A stretch of DNA of 64,000 nt. It comes from Felis catus (Eukaryota). Location: assembly GCF_018350175.1 (NCBI RefSeq), contig NC_058368.1, forward strand, positions 78,370,001 to 78,434,000. The letters run 5' to 3'. Below are positions 9,621 to 22,817 of the stretch, one piece after another. Positions within the stretch are counted from its first letter, which is position 1; each line of letters starts with the position of its first letter. Under the pieces are notes generated by a model, which was given only the letters and a program-made list of their open reading frames with translations, ran no database searches and was not told where the DNA came from. The position numbers were made by a program, and so were the translations under genes.

Positions 9621-11190
9621 AAAATGTACAGAATTCTCAAAAACGAATGCAGCATTCAATCACATGGTTATTTTTAAGCCACATCCACACACATATTGGA
9701 TGTATACCTAACAGAAATATAATTTTATTTTAGATTTTTTTTTAGAATACTCCGCTTTCTACCTCTGCTACTCAACGTCAGTTGCCATCATTTTATGACT
9801 ATGTCAAAAAGGTTCAGAGCTAAGTATTGCTAAATGACACTCCAGAATGTCGCCCATTTTTATTTTTCTATAAGTCCAACCTAAATTTCACTCAGGCACT
9901 TCAATTTTCCTGCATGTATATTCGGTTTGTGAGTAAGCTCCGGCATGTTGGGCTAGAAAGCCTCCCTTCAGCACACAGCATGCCTAGAATCACATCAGTA
10001 TTTGGTAAGTGTCACATGCTACCTGTGGGGTTTTTGCCTTGTCATTTGTACGTGTCCTGTCTGTACAACTAAAGAGTAGAGGCTTCTGTGGTATGGGCCA
10101 TATTTCCTCTACACATTCATCGTGATATTTGCACACAGTGGGTGTTCTATGAATATTTGTTGATGGATCTTGGGCTCACTATGAAGTAAGATGCTGTGAT
10201 TTGGCAATCATTGGGAGGGGGGTTTTCCCATATTTCTTCACTTCTCAGGTTTTGATCAGAGGCCATCTTATGCAATTTTTTAACTTGACATTTAAAACAA
10301 CGAATTCGCCAAAGAATGAATTTGATCACAAGGCGAGAGTCTCAGGGAGAGTTTGAGAGCCCCTTGCCCCCGGCTTGGTTCACCGGGTAGAGGCACAGTT
10401 TGGGTTCACTAAAAGGCATAGAGACACTCTCATAGTCAGCAATCTAACTCTAATTTCGTGGATTTCTGGTTTTAATGTTTTGGTTTTAACTGAAGTATTG
10501 TTTACATACGGAGAAGGGCACATGTCTTAAGGATACAGCTTGGTGGGTATTCACAGACTGAATGGCAGTAGTTGAAGGGGCAGACATCACCGTCAGCCTG
10601 CATGCCCACTCGGTGCTCCATCCACTCCTCCCCGGGGTAAACGCTTTTATTTAATTGCGCAGGCTGGTTATTTGGCTCTTGTTTTGTTTTTCTTTATGGT
10701 GTTGTGTTTCAAATGGAGGTCTTATTAAGTTTTCTGTGTTTCATAAGATAATTTCTGATTGTAGTAGAACAAACAGAAATGTGGGGAAATCCAGGATCAA
10801 AGAATTGCCAGATGGCTCATATTAGCCAAAAAGCTCACTTTTAAGCCCGTAAGTGTATTTGGAGATATTCCTGATTAAAAATAATAATGAAAGCACTATG
10901 GCTTTGAAATATTACATGTTAAAGTTTCTTCACAAATGGAGTCATAATGATCAATGCTGTCAGCTCTCATGTTCGCTCTAAGAACCTAGAGATAACCATC
11001 CTAAGAGTCCATCAGGACGATGAATTCTTTCAAATGGATACCCGCCGAGCTAAAACAGTTTATTAATAAACAGTTTATATTTATTTAAGTTTATTACTAA
11101 ACAGTTTATTAATAAAATCGGGTGACCTTTATATTTCCCCCCTTGTTATTCAGTAGGGAATTTAAAAGTTAATAGAAATACATGTGTTTT

Positions 11191-11376
11191 AGGGCGCCTG
11201 GGTGGCTCAGTCGGTTAAGCCTCCCACTCTTGGTTTTGGTTCAGGTCATGATCTCATGGTTTGTGTGCTGATAGCATGGAGCCTGCTTGGGATTCTCTCT
11301 CTCCCTGTCTCTCTGCCCCTCCCCTACTTGCACTTTCTCTCTCTCAGAATAAATAAATAAATAACTTAAAAAAAGA
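11191..11376 (+). mobile_element. Older Can-SINE with internal deletion
   Basis: SINE head and tail present, B-box region missing; flanked by CATGTGTTTTAG repeats. Confidence 0.85.
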
Positions 11377-12771
11377 AGTTCATGTGTTTTAGATGATACA
11401 AGTACAAAAATTATTTTTATTGATAATGTTTATTATACATGTCTCATTTATAATAGTAAAATAGTGTTGACAACATGGAACAGAATATAAAAACAAGAGT
11501 GAGAAAAAAATTACCCATCTTTCTTTCCTCTGCTAAATAAATATTTACTGTAAGATTTTGGTCAATCCGCTTTACGTTCTTTTTCTCTCCTTTTATAAAC
11601 TTTTTTAGTTGGGAATTATTTTAGAATTACAGAAAAGTTGCAAGAACACGGCAGAGAGTTGCCATATACCCCTCATCCGGTGTCTCCTGTTGTCTCACGT
11701 TACCATCCTTTGTCATAACTGCGAAACCAACGTTGGTACTTAACTAAAAGCTGAACTCCATTTCGGAGTGTTCTTTCATGAAACCCATAGTCCCTCTCCT
11801 TTGTAAGGAAAGATGGGAGGTCGGAAAGATCTGTAACATCCAGGCTTTGTTTCACTGAGATTTCCGGCAGGGCTGTATCTTACAAGACTGTAAAGTGAGT
11901 GTCGAAAGCATATATGGTGTAGAACTCAGCCATCCAATTTGTACCAGAATTAGGCTAACTGGAGGCTCTTACCCAGTAAGGGTGTGTTCCTTCCTAGAAC
12001 AGAAACAGCTGGCTGTTGTCATGGTGATCTTTGACCAGAATCTTCCCCAAGTGCTATTTTTCCCCCCCTGCTTCAATAATGACTTCTTTTTCAGTGTTGC
12101 AAGAGCTGGCTCCTGTTCAATTTCAAAAGCAGTAATAAAATAAAATAGTGACCTCACAACCAAATATCTGAACCCTGTTCTTGTCAAGTTTAAAGTTTTG
12201 GGAAGCAGAAGAACCAGGAAATGAGTCAATCAAAGCAGCCAAAAGTGATGTTGTGTCTCTTCCATGTATGCCGTGGGCCTGCTAGCTTTCAAACTCTGTT
12301 CTAGGTGTTGAGTGTTGATTAGAAAACACAACAGATAAGTTTCCTGCCCCCTGGAGATTGCATTGCAGTGAGGTGGAAAGACACAGAAAGTAGTCAATAA
12401 ACATGATTAATGAGTACGTAACAATACTAGAAAATGGCAAATATCATGAAGAAGTGAATGATTTAAGGGGCAGAATTAACAGATTTGGCAGTGTGAAGGA
12501 TGAGGAGGAGAGAAGATGTGTAAGGAGAGGTCAGGAAAAGTCTTTCTGTTTCTTCCTGAAGATTCAATCATTCTTTATTCTATCACCTTAAAAAACTTTT
12601 GTGGAAATGGGTAGATATTTAAAAAATAAATCCATAATGTTGAGGAATGTGTTGTTCTCAGTAATCCTGTAGGAATGGATATTGGTTTCAATGTTTATTA
12701 TTTTTATAAGTCAAGTCCTATTTAAATGAACTGTATTGGACAGCTGTATCTTTGTTATGAACAGATTTTGT

Positions 12772-12945
12772 TGGGGTGGGGGGACGGGCTAGATGGTTGA
12801 TGGGCATTAAAGGAGGAAACTTGTTGGGATGAGCACTGGGTGTTGTATGTAAGTGATGAGTCAGTTCTACTCCTACTTCTGAAACCAATATTGCACTGTA
12901 TGTTAACTAACTAAAATTTAAATAATACAAAATAAAAATAAATGA
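12772..12945 (+). mobile_element. L1 3'-end fragment
   Basis: gggatgagcactgggtgttgtatgtaagtgatga...ctgtatgttaactaact followed by A-rich tail. Confidence 0.85.
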
Positions 12946-13897
12946 AAGGTATTCTCATTTTTTAAGAGCTAGAGAAGAAACAGATTTTGCTTAAATATAC
13001 AGGAAGCATCCACTGGGCCAAGGTCTGGGGTGGAAACTCAAGAATATATAGGAAAGTGGAGAAAAAGACTCAGTTACTGGGTGTTTTCCACGCACAAGCT
13101 CTAAGTTGGGCTCTATGACATCATTTACCTTCTCAGTAACCCCTGTTAGGTTGGCATTATTGTCCTCATTTTAGACAAGAGACTTGAAGCCAAGACATAA
13201 TCAGTCCCTTCTCTCCACAAGCTAAATATTGAGTTGGAGAAATTAAACAAAATTAATGTAAATTTAAAAATAATAAACAAGTTCTTTAGCCTTTACGAAA
13301 AGCATGTGTAAACTATGACTTCACTTGGTTCTCGCAACACCACTATGAGAAAACTATTGTTATTCTAGAGATAAAATATTTAATTTCATATTAATTGTTA
13401 ATTTCATGATTAAACAGCTAAATTGGTTTGAGAACTAAGGTTTACATTCATTATATGCTAACTATAAATTCTGAGTTGTTTTCCACTGTGCAAGCTATAT
13501 GCACTTAATGTTTGCGTAATACACCAGATCTGACAAAAACTGTTGGGTCTTGAAGAGACCTAGACCGTTATTAACATTAGTACCAACTAGAGGACAACGA
13601 TCTATGGTATTATAGGATGTTAGTTCAGATCACAGATTAAAAGATTATTAAGACCATGATGGATAAGAGCTGAGCTGAGTTTTGAAGACTGACTCAACTC
13701 AGGGAAGAAGAGACAGTATTCCAGGGCATGGGAACAGTAATGGAACAGGAATTAGAAAAGACACAAGAAGAGGTCTTATTGTAGTAGGTGGAACCATCAA
13801 AATACACCTAACACCTCGGTATCATTCCTTTGCTTGGATATTTGCAAGTGTTTATTGACTGCGATGTTTTTACAAGTTCAGGCTTTCTCCTCCTCTT

Positions 13898-14401
13898 TCT
13901 TTTTTCTTTTTTAAGCATTTAAAAAATTGTTTATTTAAACCCAAGTTAGTTAATGTACAATGTAGTGTTGGTTTCAAGAGTAAAATTTAGTGATTCATCA
14001 CTTCCATATGATACCCAGTGCTCATCCCAACGAGTGCCCTCCTTAATGCCCATCACCCATCTAGCCCATCCCCCACCCACTACCCCTCCAGGAACCCTCT
14101 GTTCTCTGTATTTAACAGTCTTTTATGGTTTTCCTCCCTCTCTGTTTTTATCTTAGTTTTCTTTCTCTTCCCCTATATGCATCTGTTGTGTTTCTAAAAT
14201 TCCACAAATGAGTGATATCATGATATGTATCTTTCTCTGACTGACATATTTCACTTAGCATAATACATTCTAGCTCCATTGACATTGTTGCAAATGGCAA
14301 GATTTCATTCTTTTTGATTGCTGAGTATTATTCCATTATATCTATCTATCTATCTATCTATCTATATCACATCCTTTTTTAAAATTTTTAATGTTTATTT
14401 A

Positions 14402-14454
<53 letters not shown>

Positions 14455-15307
14455 TTGGGGGAGGGGCAGAGAAAGATGGAGACACGGAATCCAAAGCAGG
14501 TTCTAGGCTCTGAGCTGTCAGCACAGAGCCTGATGCAGGGTTTGAACTCACGAACTGCAAGATCATGACCTGAGCCAAAGTCAGACACTTAACCAACTGA
14601 GCCACCCAGGTACCCTTCTTCTTTTTTTAAAAAACTTTATTTTAAGAGAGAGAGAGCACAAGCAGGGTAGGGACAGAGAGAGAGGAGAGGGAGAATCCTA
14701 AGCAGGTCTCATGCTATCTGCACAGAGCATGATGCAGAGTTTGAATTCATGAACCGCGAGATCATGACCTGAGCCAAAGTTGGACACTTAACTAACTGAG
14801 CCACTCAGGCATCCCTATACCACATCTTCTTTATCCATTCATCAGTCAATGGATATTTGGGCTCTTTCTGTAATTTGACTATTGTTATATTTTATTGCTA
14901 TAAACATTGGGGTGCATGTACCCCTTTGAATCAGCATTTTTGTATCCTCTGGATAAATACCTAGTAGTGCAAATACTGAGCCATATGGTAGTTCTATTTT
15001 TAATTTTTTGAGGAACCTCCATACTGTTTTTCAGAGTGGCTGCCCCAGTTTGCATTCCCACCAACAATGCAAAAGTGTTCCCCTTTCTCTGTATCCTTGC
15101 CAACATCTGTTGTTTCCTGAGTTGTTAATTTTAGTCATTCTGACAGGAGTGAGGTGGTGTCTCATTGTGGTTTTGATTCGCATCTCCCTAATGATGAGTG
15201 ATGTTGAGTATCTTTTCATGTGTCTGTTGGCCATCTGAATGTCTTCTTTGGAAAAGTGTCTGTTCATGTCTTTTGCTCATTTCTTCATTGGATTATTCGT
15301 TTTGGAG
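13898..15307 (-). mobile_element. 5'-truncated carnivore L1 interrupted by two Can-SINEs
   Basis: L1 ORF2-like peptides on the minus strand ([44 protein letters not shown]); TSD TTCTCCTCCTCTT (13885-13897, 15308-15320). Confidence 0.92.
14374..14815 (-). mobile_element. Two tandem Can-SINEs nested in the L1 (about 14374-14613 and 14620-14815)
   Basis: Two antisense SINE bodies with (GA)n segments. Confidence 0.9.
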
Positions 15308-15740
15308 TTCTCCTCCTCTTCCTAAAGCCAGGCCATTTGAGATAGACAGGGGAAACAACTGTAGATAACCGCTCTTTGAGCTTCTGACATGGACTGTGAA
15401 GTCACACTTAACAGCTCACCTTTTTTCTCTTGTTTCTGCTGCTCTAGAACATCTTCTGGGAAATAAAGGGTAAGAAATTTTAGAGAAATACACAACCATT
15501 TGCTTGAAAAAATGTATCATAGTGTGCTACCATTCTACAGATGAAAATTCAAAATCCTTATTATTGAAGATTATCTGTTATGGAAAATGTTTTTCAAATA
15601 ACCCTGAGCCCAAAGATTGATTATTAGAGGGTCCAGATATCATGGAAATGATGGGTTTTTTTAATAGAATCTATTTTCTCTAAAGCATTGATTTAATTTG
15701 ACTTAACATGTATTATGAAGTTGGATATAAGGAGGAGGGT

Positions 15741-15762
15741 ATTTTTAAAGTTTATTTGTTTT

Positions 15763-15805
<43 letters not shown>

Positions 15806-15972
15806 CAAGCAGGGGAGGGGCAGAGAGAAAGGGAGAGAGAGAGGGAATCCCAAGCAAGCTGTGCACTCTCAGTGCAGAGCCCAATGCAGGGCTTGATCTC
15901 ACAAACCACAAGATCATGGCCTGAGCCAAGCTCAAGAGCTGGACATTCAACCAACTGAGCCACCAAGTGCCC
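15741..15972 (-). mobile_element. Can-SINE
   Basis: Antisense SINE body with (GA)n segment. Confidence 0.88.
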
Positions 15973-16767
15973 TTTAAGGATGAGGTTCTTAAGAATCATT
16001 TGGAAAAATTGGATATTGTTATATCTTTTTTTTTCTGAATTGTGCCACAGATTTTTTGTTTTTAGTCTGATATAAACCAGATGCTGTGCAAATTTGTAAC
16101 TGATAGTTCTTAATGTCAAGTGACTCAGCCTAGGGAAAGAGACAGTAATAGAAACAATTAGGATATATAGTGAAATGCTATTTCAATAGATGTATGTGCA
16201 AAGTGTAGTGGGATCAAATAGTTAGCTGGAAGGATCAGGGAAAGAATTGATATTTGGCCTGAGCCCTGAGGGATGGACGGGTTTCACCAGATACTAAGGT
16301 GAGGAGTATTTAGCCAGGCAGAATAGCACGTACGCAGTCTTGGGAGCAGGAGGATGAACTTCTGTGCTTCTAGGTGTGGGAGGGTAGAGGTCGTGGGGTT
16401 GTGAAGGGAGGTTTGGGTTTTGTGTGCAGGGAAACCCCCTTGAAGGAGTTATAAGCATTAGAAGGACAAGATAAAATTCTGGTTTAGGAAGGCAAATCTG
16501 AGGAAACGCAAGCGATGGAGTAGAAGTAGTAGAAAAGCTAAGAGGCACAACTTGGTGAGCAAGTGTTAGCGTCAGGAGAACAGTGAGAGTAAAGATCTGA
16601 ACGGACCCACCACGCTTGCTCCTCTTGTCGGGTTTGATTATTCTCTCGGTCTCTGTCTGTCTGTCTGTCTCTACCCCCTTCAGCCATATTGCTGTATCCC
16701 TCCAACATTAGCCTTTGTGTATATTCATGACTATTGACTTTGTGTGGGATGTTCCTACCCCCTTCTT

Positions 16768-16810
16768 TCTTCTTTTCTTTTAAAAAATATTTTTTTAATG
16801 TTTACTTATT

Positions 16811-16842
<32 letters not shown>

Positions 16843-17002
16843 CAGGGGAGGAGCAGAGAGAGAGAGAGACACAGAATCTGAAGCAGACTCCGAGCTCCGA
16901 GCTGTCAGCACAGAGCCCATTGCGGGGCTCAAACCCATGAACTGGGAGATCTTGACCTGAGTTGAGTCAGATGCTTAACCAACTGAGCCACCCAAGCATG
17001 CC
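16768..17002 (-). mobile_element. Can-SINE
   Basis: Antisense SINE body with (GA)n segment. Confidence 0.88.
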
Positions 17003-18066
17003 AAACCCCTCCTCTCCCCCCGCCCCCACCCTGCCGCCCCTTCTTTCTTCTAATTTCAGTTTAAGTGTCACTGTTCAGGGAAGCCTTCCTGATTGGGTCA
17101 AAGTCTGGCCACTGTATTGCTCTTACAGCTGCAACTTCCAATGTATCTTTCTGATTCTCATTCATACTTGTTCCTCCCCCTAGATCGCAAGCTCCATGGG
17201 GGTAGAGATAGTGTCTTTTCTTTTTCTTTTCCTTTTTTTGCTATTCCGAGCACAACACATGACCTAAATTTAGTGCTCAGTAAAACTGTTGGATGAGATA
17301 AACGACAGACGCAATCCACACTGAGCAAAAGTTGAAAAATTCAAACCATTAGAACTTGATTATTTGTTGGATTTCAGGATTGCGGAGGAAGGAATCAGGC
17401 ATGTTTACAAAGTTCCTAGCTTGGGCAACTCAGAGGATACTTATATCCACTAAGAGAAAACAGAAGAATAAGAGGCGTGTGGGTGTGAGGAAGACAAAGA
17501 AATAAATTTGGGTCATGCTAAGTTTGAATTGTCAGTGTGGCAGCCAGGCAGAGATGTCCAAGGCGAAGTGGAAGGTGTAAGGGCTGGCTGTGCAATTCAC
17601 TGATAGCTTTCTCCAATCATTAGGTATATTTTTGTGTTTACCTTCCTTGGCTTCAAGTATGTGTGCATATCGTGTCATGCAGCTAATTTTCATCACTGGT
17701 AAGTTACCTATACCCAGTGCCTTCTGAGTATACACCATTAATAATGAGAAGTGTTCTAAAGTGATGCAAGGAATTCATGGTAAAAGGGGGGGGGGAAGCC
17801 ATATCCTGTGGAGATGATGACTCAACTATAAAATTAGTCATTTTAAATTAAAATGTTTCATCAATTGTAAAATGAAATAACTTAGGAAGATGGCATTTTG
17901 TTTCCTGGGGTTTTGTTTTGTTTTGTGTTTTACTCTTAGTGTTTATGACCCAAGGCAAAGGACTGCCATTTTATATATCCTTACAGTGCTTTAGGCATAG
18001 AAAATACTGAAATCAGGAGTGGTACCTGGCAGTGTGACAATGCCCAATTAATGCTTAGGACTCTGT

Positions 18067-18067
<1 letters not shown>

Positions 18068-18101
<34 letters not shown>

Positions 18102-18125
18102 CACACACACGCACACACACACACA
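18068..18125. repeat. Interrupted (CA)n microsatellite
   Basis: CA run with CG interruptions. Confidence 0.95.
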
Positions 18126-18858
18126 GTCTTCCATTCAGATAATATCTTTCTTTACTGCTATCAACTGTCGTGATTTCTGTTTTGCTCTGTCAACTTCTTT
18201 CCAAAACCCCCAAAGAACCAGCACCCCTTTTTACTTCCTCAGGGCCATTGTAGTGCTACCACCTTTCTGAATTACCCAGAATTGAAAACTTGTTTTTATT
18301 ATTAGTTTTTAATTCTCCTTCAAACACACACTCGGTCACAAACTTTTAATTTTTTTTTCACAATTTATCTTGGATGCTGTATTTATATAATTGCTTTGGG
18401 GATCAAATCACCCTTATATTTATGCCAGTCAACAGCTGAACCTTTGTTTTCACTCTTCTCCGTGTGGCAACTTAGTCTCCACAAGGACACATGTATGACG
18501 TTTCTCAAGCACAACATATATCAGGCAGGCCCCTGTGAAGATTAGGAATTTCTATTTTTTTTTTCCTGGTAAGTCAAATACATACTTCTCAATTTAGCTC
18601 TCTAGACATACTTTTAAAACTCTGTTAACTTGTATTGGCAAACTGTTTATCGCCAATCAAATAAGAATTTATAATCTACTTTTTCACCCCTAAATTCTTG
18701 TATTCCCATTCCAGTAGAAATGTTTTTTCCCAAATCATGCTTTCTTGAATTTCCTCATAAATCTGTGTTCATCATTAGGTCAGTATTGGGGTCTTTATGG
18801 AATTTATCCTGGTTAAACTTTTCCAGCCACTGATTATTTATTCAAAACTAGCTCAGGA

Positions 18859-19085
18859 GGGGCGCCTGGGTGGCGCAGTCGGTTAAGCATCTGACTTCAG
18901 CCAGGTCACGATCTCGCGGTCCGGGAGTTCGAGCCCCGCATCAGGCTCTGGGCTGATGGCTCAGAGCCTGGAGCCTGTTTCCGATTCTGTGTCTCCCTCT
19001 CTCTCTGCCCCTCCCCCGTTCATGCTCTGTCTCTCTCTGTCCCAAAAATAAATAAACGTTGAAAAAAAAAATTAAAAAAAAAAAA
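18859..19085 (+). mobile_element. Young felid Can-SINE
   Basis: Nearly identical to the 3223 copy; TSD AAAACTAGCTCAGGA. Confidence 0.95.
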
Positions 19086-22000
19086 CTAGCTCAGGAAAAA
19101 TCAAACTGTATTTCTTGTGACCTCATACACTGAATGGTAAGGTATACAGAAATAAAAGAGAGACATCGCCTTCAGGGTCCTCATTCTTTAAAACCTGTGG
19201 TGCACTAAGTAAGAAGACAGAAGGAGGAAGGGACACAGGAAAATGCAGGAAGGACATCTCATCCAGACTGAAGAGCTTGGAAGAAGGTTGAATGAGAAGA
19301 GTAAAAAGGACTACGAAGGAGGAGTAGGTGTGGATCATATGGATGGGGCGAATGTAATGGGAAGCGCACTGTGTTTTCCACTGGAGTTATGTATAATCTG
19401 CGTAATTGCAGTATTTATGCTGGTTGATATTAGATCGACCTTTTGTTGAAATAAAGACAATAAACCCGATCCCAGTTTGAAAAGGTTCGGATCCAATACA
19501 GAAAACAATACAGCAGATACCAGCAATCCCGTTAACTTTCCAATCCCTTTTTCTATTTAAATGGTGTTTCAAATGTAACATAAAGGTTATACGTAAACAG
19601 ATGGCTTTCAAACTCAAGATGTTTTCCATAGGGAAAATATTTCAATGCTAGTCTAGTTGTGAGGTTGGTTGGATTTTATTGTAACAGATATTGAGCAATA
19701 GCAAATTATTTTTGTTCTGAAAACTCTTATTTTAGGAATTCTCTTTTGTGAACTGTTTTGGCCGTCAATATCATATATTTGTTTTAGAAATATTTTACAC
19801 AAAGTTTAATATTATGGATAAATATTATGCTGTAAATTTGTACTTAACAAGATCAATTTTCCTTTTTTTCACACATCATTATAATATATAATATATACAT
19901 TTAGAAATATGCGTGACCCCATCACACACAGGAAAGTTTTAATGTATGCTATAGCCTTGATTCGTTAAAAAGATAAATTGTTCTCAGACTCTTCAAATTT
20001 CCTTCCGTTGTAGTAGAGGGAAAGATGTATGAAGACTTTTAAAAACTAAACACAATCGATGAACATCATACTTGCTACCAATCTTGTGTTTCTTACAAGA
20101 CTGTGCATTCTCAGAACTCTTGTGGTTGGATATCTTTGCTACTGGGAGAGATGAAAAGGTGTTGCTATTTTGACCCACTTTTTGTGAGTGACAATCTATA
20201 GTTTAAGGTCACATCTGTGTTGAATGGGAAAGTCCTAAAGGACTGTTGTACGAGAGAGAAGATGACAATGGATCTGGAATTTTCTAAAAAGGAAGAGCTG
20301 AAAGTGAAGAGGTAAATAACACTGATAAGGTTGATAGGACCCAAGCAGCATCTCTGGAGGCCAGAATGGGAAGTCCTCTGCTGATTTCCAACAAAACTTC
20401 AGAAGCCTGGTGACTTTCTCTAGAGTAAGGAAAATTAATGAATGGCACTGGCTTCAGTGAGTATAATTCAAATACTGTTGTTGAACTTTTCTTTTAATAT
20501 TCCATTTTCCTTTCTGAAGAGCATTTCTTGAAACACACTTTTCCCTCCGTAGTGTATTTTCTTCTAAAAGTTAGATTCCTGCTACTACATGATAGAATAG
20601 ATCATTGTTTCTTGACGTGTAGGTTGTAGCCAACTGGAGTTGGGCTGCGGAGATTAAAACTTAGATGTTTTCTCAGTTTGGTAGCCTCAAGGCATCAGTC
20701 TTTCTCCAAACTCCTGTGGAGTTTGGGGTAAGTGGTCAAGAAAAGGGTTAGTTGAAACAGGGAGTAACCTGGTTTTCTCTTTATTGGGTGAATCGGATCT
20801 TTGTGCTCTCCTTGTGGGCTTCCATCATGGGCCCAGTTAACTGGGTTCAGTAAAGAACAAGAACAAGAGTGCTAACACGGCGACTGCCGTAATAACCAAG
20901 CTTGATTTCCCGATTATTGCGTATCAGGAGTAGTACGCAATACTCCACATGCATTATTTCATTTAATCTGTGTACACGTACATGTGCCGCAAAGGAAAGA
21001 TGGAACGTTTGGAAATTTGACTTTGACTTGTGTCAACATCCGCCTCTTCTTCTGTGTGGTGGAAAGATTAAAGCTTCACATGCTCTGATTGACCCCTGCA
21101 TCCGTCACAGAACTGAGCAGTAAGCCCTTAAGAAGCGTTTGTTAGAGAGATAGGAACATGTTTCAAATAGGTTTAGCGGGGCTCCCCTAGATCCTGTGCA
21201 CGCTCCTCAGACTTTCACTGCTTTGGCTGTTTCGTTAAATCCTTTCTCTCAAGCCGCCCTTACTCATGACCATCTTGCCACTGTTGATGCTTTGACATAT
21301 TTGTCGTGGCAGAAGGTCTGTCAGCGTAACAGCACCGCGTCACATTTTCCCTATGGCATAGACATGGCTCCCGTTGTTTTGCAGATCAATAAAAGAATCA
21401 CAGAATAGTCCAGAATGTTCTGCCTCTGTCAAAATGATCAGGTTTACATGAAAACGTGGTAGAAAAGTTTCAGAGTCATAAAAGAATTGCAGTTGTTCAC
21501 ATGATACTTCCACCTTGAAATACCAAGGGAAACTTGATAACAGGTTTTCTTATGTGAATACTCGCTGTATTCTTTGCAGGCCTGTGCCTTTGCACAGCTT
21601 GGGAAGAACTTATCACGATTACCTCTGTTACTCCGTGTTGTAAATATCAGAATGTTTTCAGTTAATCAACTGAAGCAGAATTCACTGTGTCAAGCTCTTA
21701 AAATGTATACAGAGAGAAGCATGTTCTTAATATCCCACTTCAACTCGGAATAAAATACTTATTGGATAATAAAAACTCTAAACTAATATTTTCTTAATTT
21801 CAAATAGGCATGCTTAAATTTCTGTTTTATGATTTTCAGAGATATATACTGCTTTGTTTTCTGTTCCCATGGAAAATGTCCTTATTTTGCGTTCACCTGG
21901 AGGCATTTGTCTTTATTTAACAGAATAGTTCTCTCTTTCCTTGAATATTTTCTGGAATATTGTACATGTGATAAGTGATGCGATGCAAACTGATGCTTCC

Positions 22001-22124
22001 CAGAAGTTTTACTGATTATGCGGTTTCAGGGAAATCTCCCATTTTATTTTTAACGATGTTCCCTCTTTCTTTTTTTCTTTTTTTTTTTTTTTTTTTTGGT
22101 CCAAAACACTTTACCAAAAGCCTG

Positions 22125-22295
22125 ACTTTGGCTCCAGAGTGAAATGGGCATGGTTTCAATTCTGGCCCCGTCACTTCCCGCTGCAGGCCCCGAACAAGTT
22201 GTTTACACTTTGCAGGACTTAGTTTCCAGGATGTAATTTTTAGGATTTTTGTGAGGTTGCCTGTATTTATATCCGCTCAATAAATGTTAGCAATT
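22125..22295 (+). mobile_element. MIR-like ancient SINE fragment
   Basis: ctttggctccagag...ggtttcaattctggcccc...aacaagttgtttacactttg...gctcaataaatgttagc pattern. Confidence 0.55.
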
Positions 22296-22760
22296 GTTTT
22301 TATTTTCAGTAATGTTAATATTATTAGCACGACCACTGACTTATTAATTAGCGTTAGGGATTTTTTTAAACAAAAAAAAATCACTTTGGAATATTCTGGT
22401 AGTTTGGTTCATGTCTATGATAGACTTGAAAAACACATAATAAACTCGCTTTCTGCCCAGGCATAATATTTGAAGGCAAGTTACGGTGAACAATAAAGAT
22501 GATATACTTACCGTTTTTCAACAGTGTGTAGGGTTTTTCTAAACCATGAACTTCAAGGACATATTCTATTTTAGGTAAAATTTATAATAAATATCTGTGG
22601 GCAAATTTCACAAAGTAATTGTAGAACAATGTGCAGGATCCGTAGGAGGTAGAATTGGCTCGGTGTTTCTGGAAAAATAGCTTTGTGGACTCAGGCACTT
22701 TTCTTCCTTCCCTTACTGTTCCTATTCAAGTAACTAAAAGGATATATTTTTGCTTTTCAG

Positions 22761-22817
22761 TCATTCAAGACTGCTTGCAACTGATCGCAGACAGCGACAC
22801 ACCTACTATACGAAAAG
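22761..22817 (+). CDS. TNFSF13B: BAFF coding exon 3 (57 nt; the exon skipped in deltaBAFF)
   Basis: Acceptor tttttgcttttcag|; (V)IQDCLQLIADSDTPTIRK; donor AAG|GTAATG. Confidence 0.97.
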
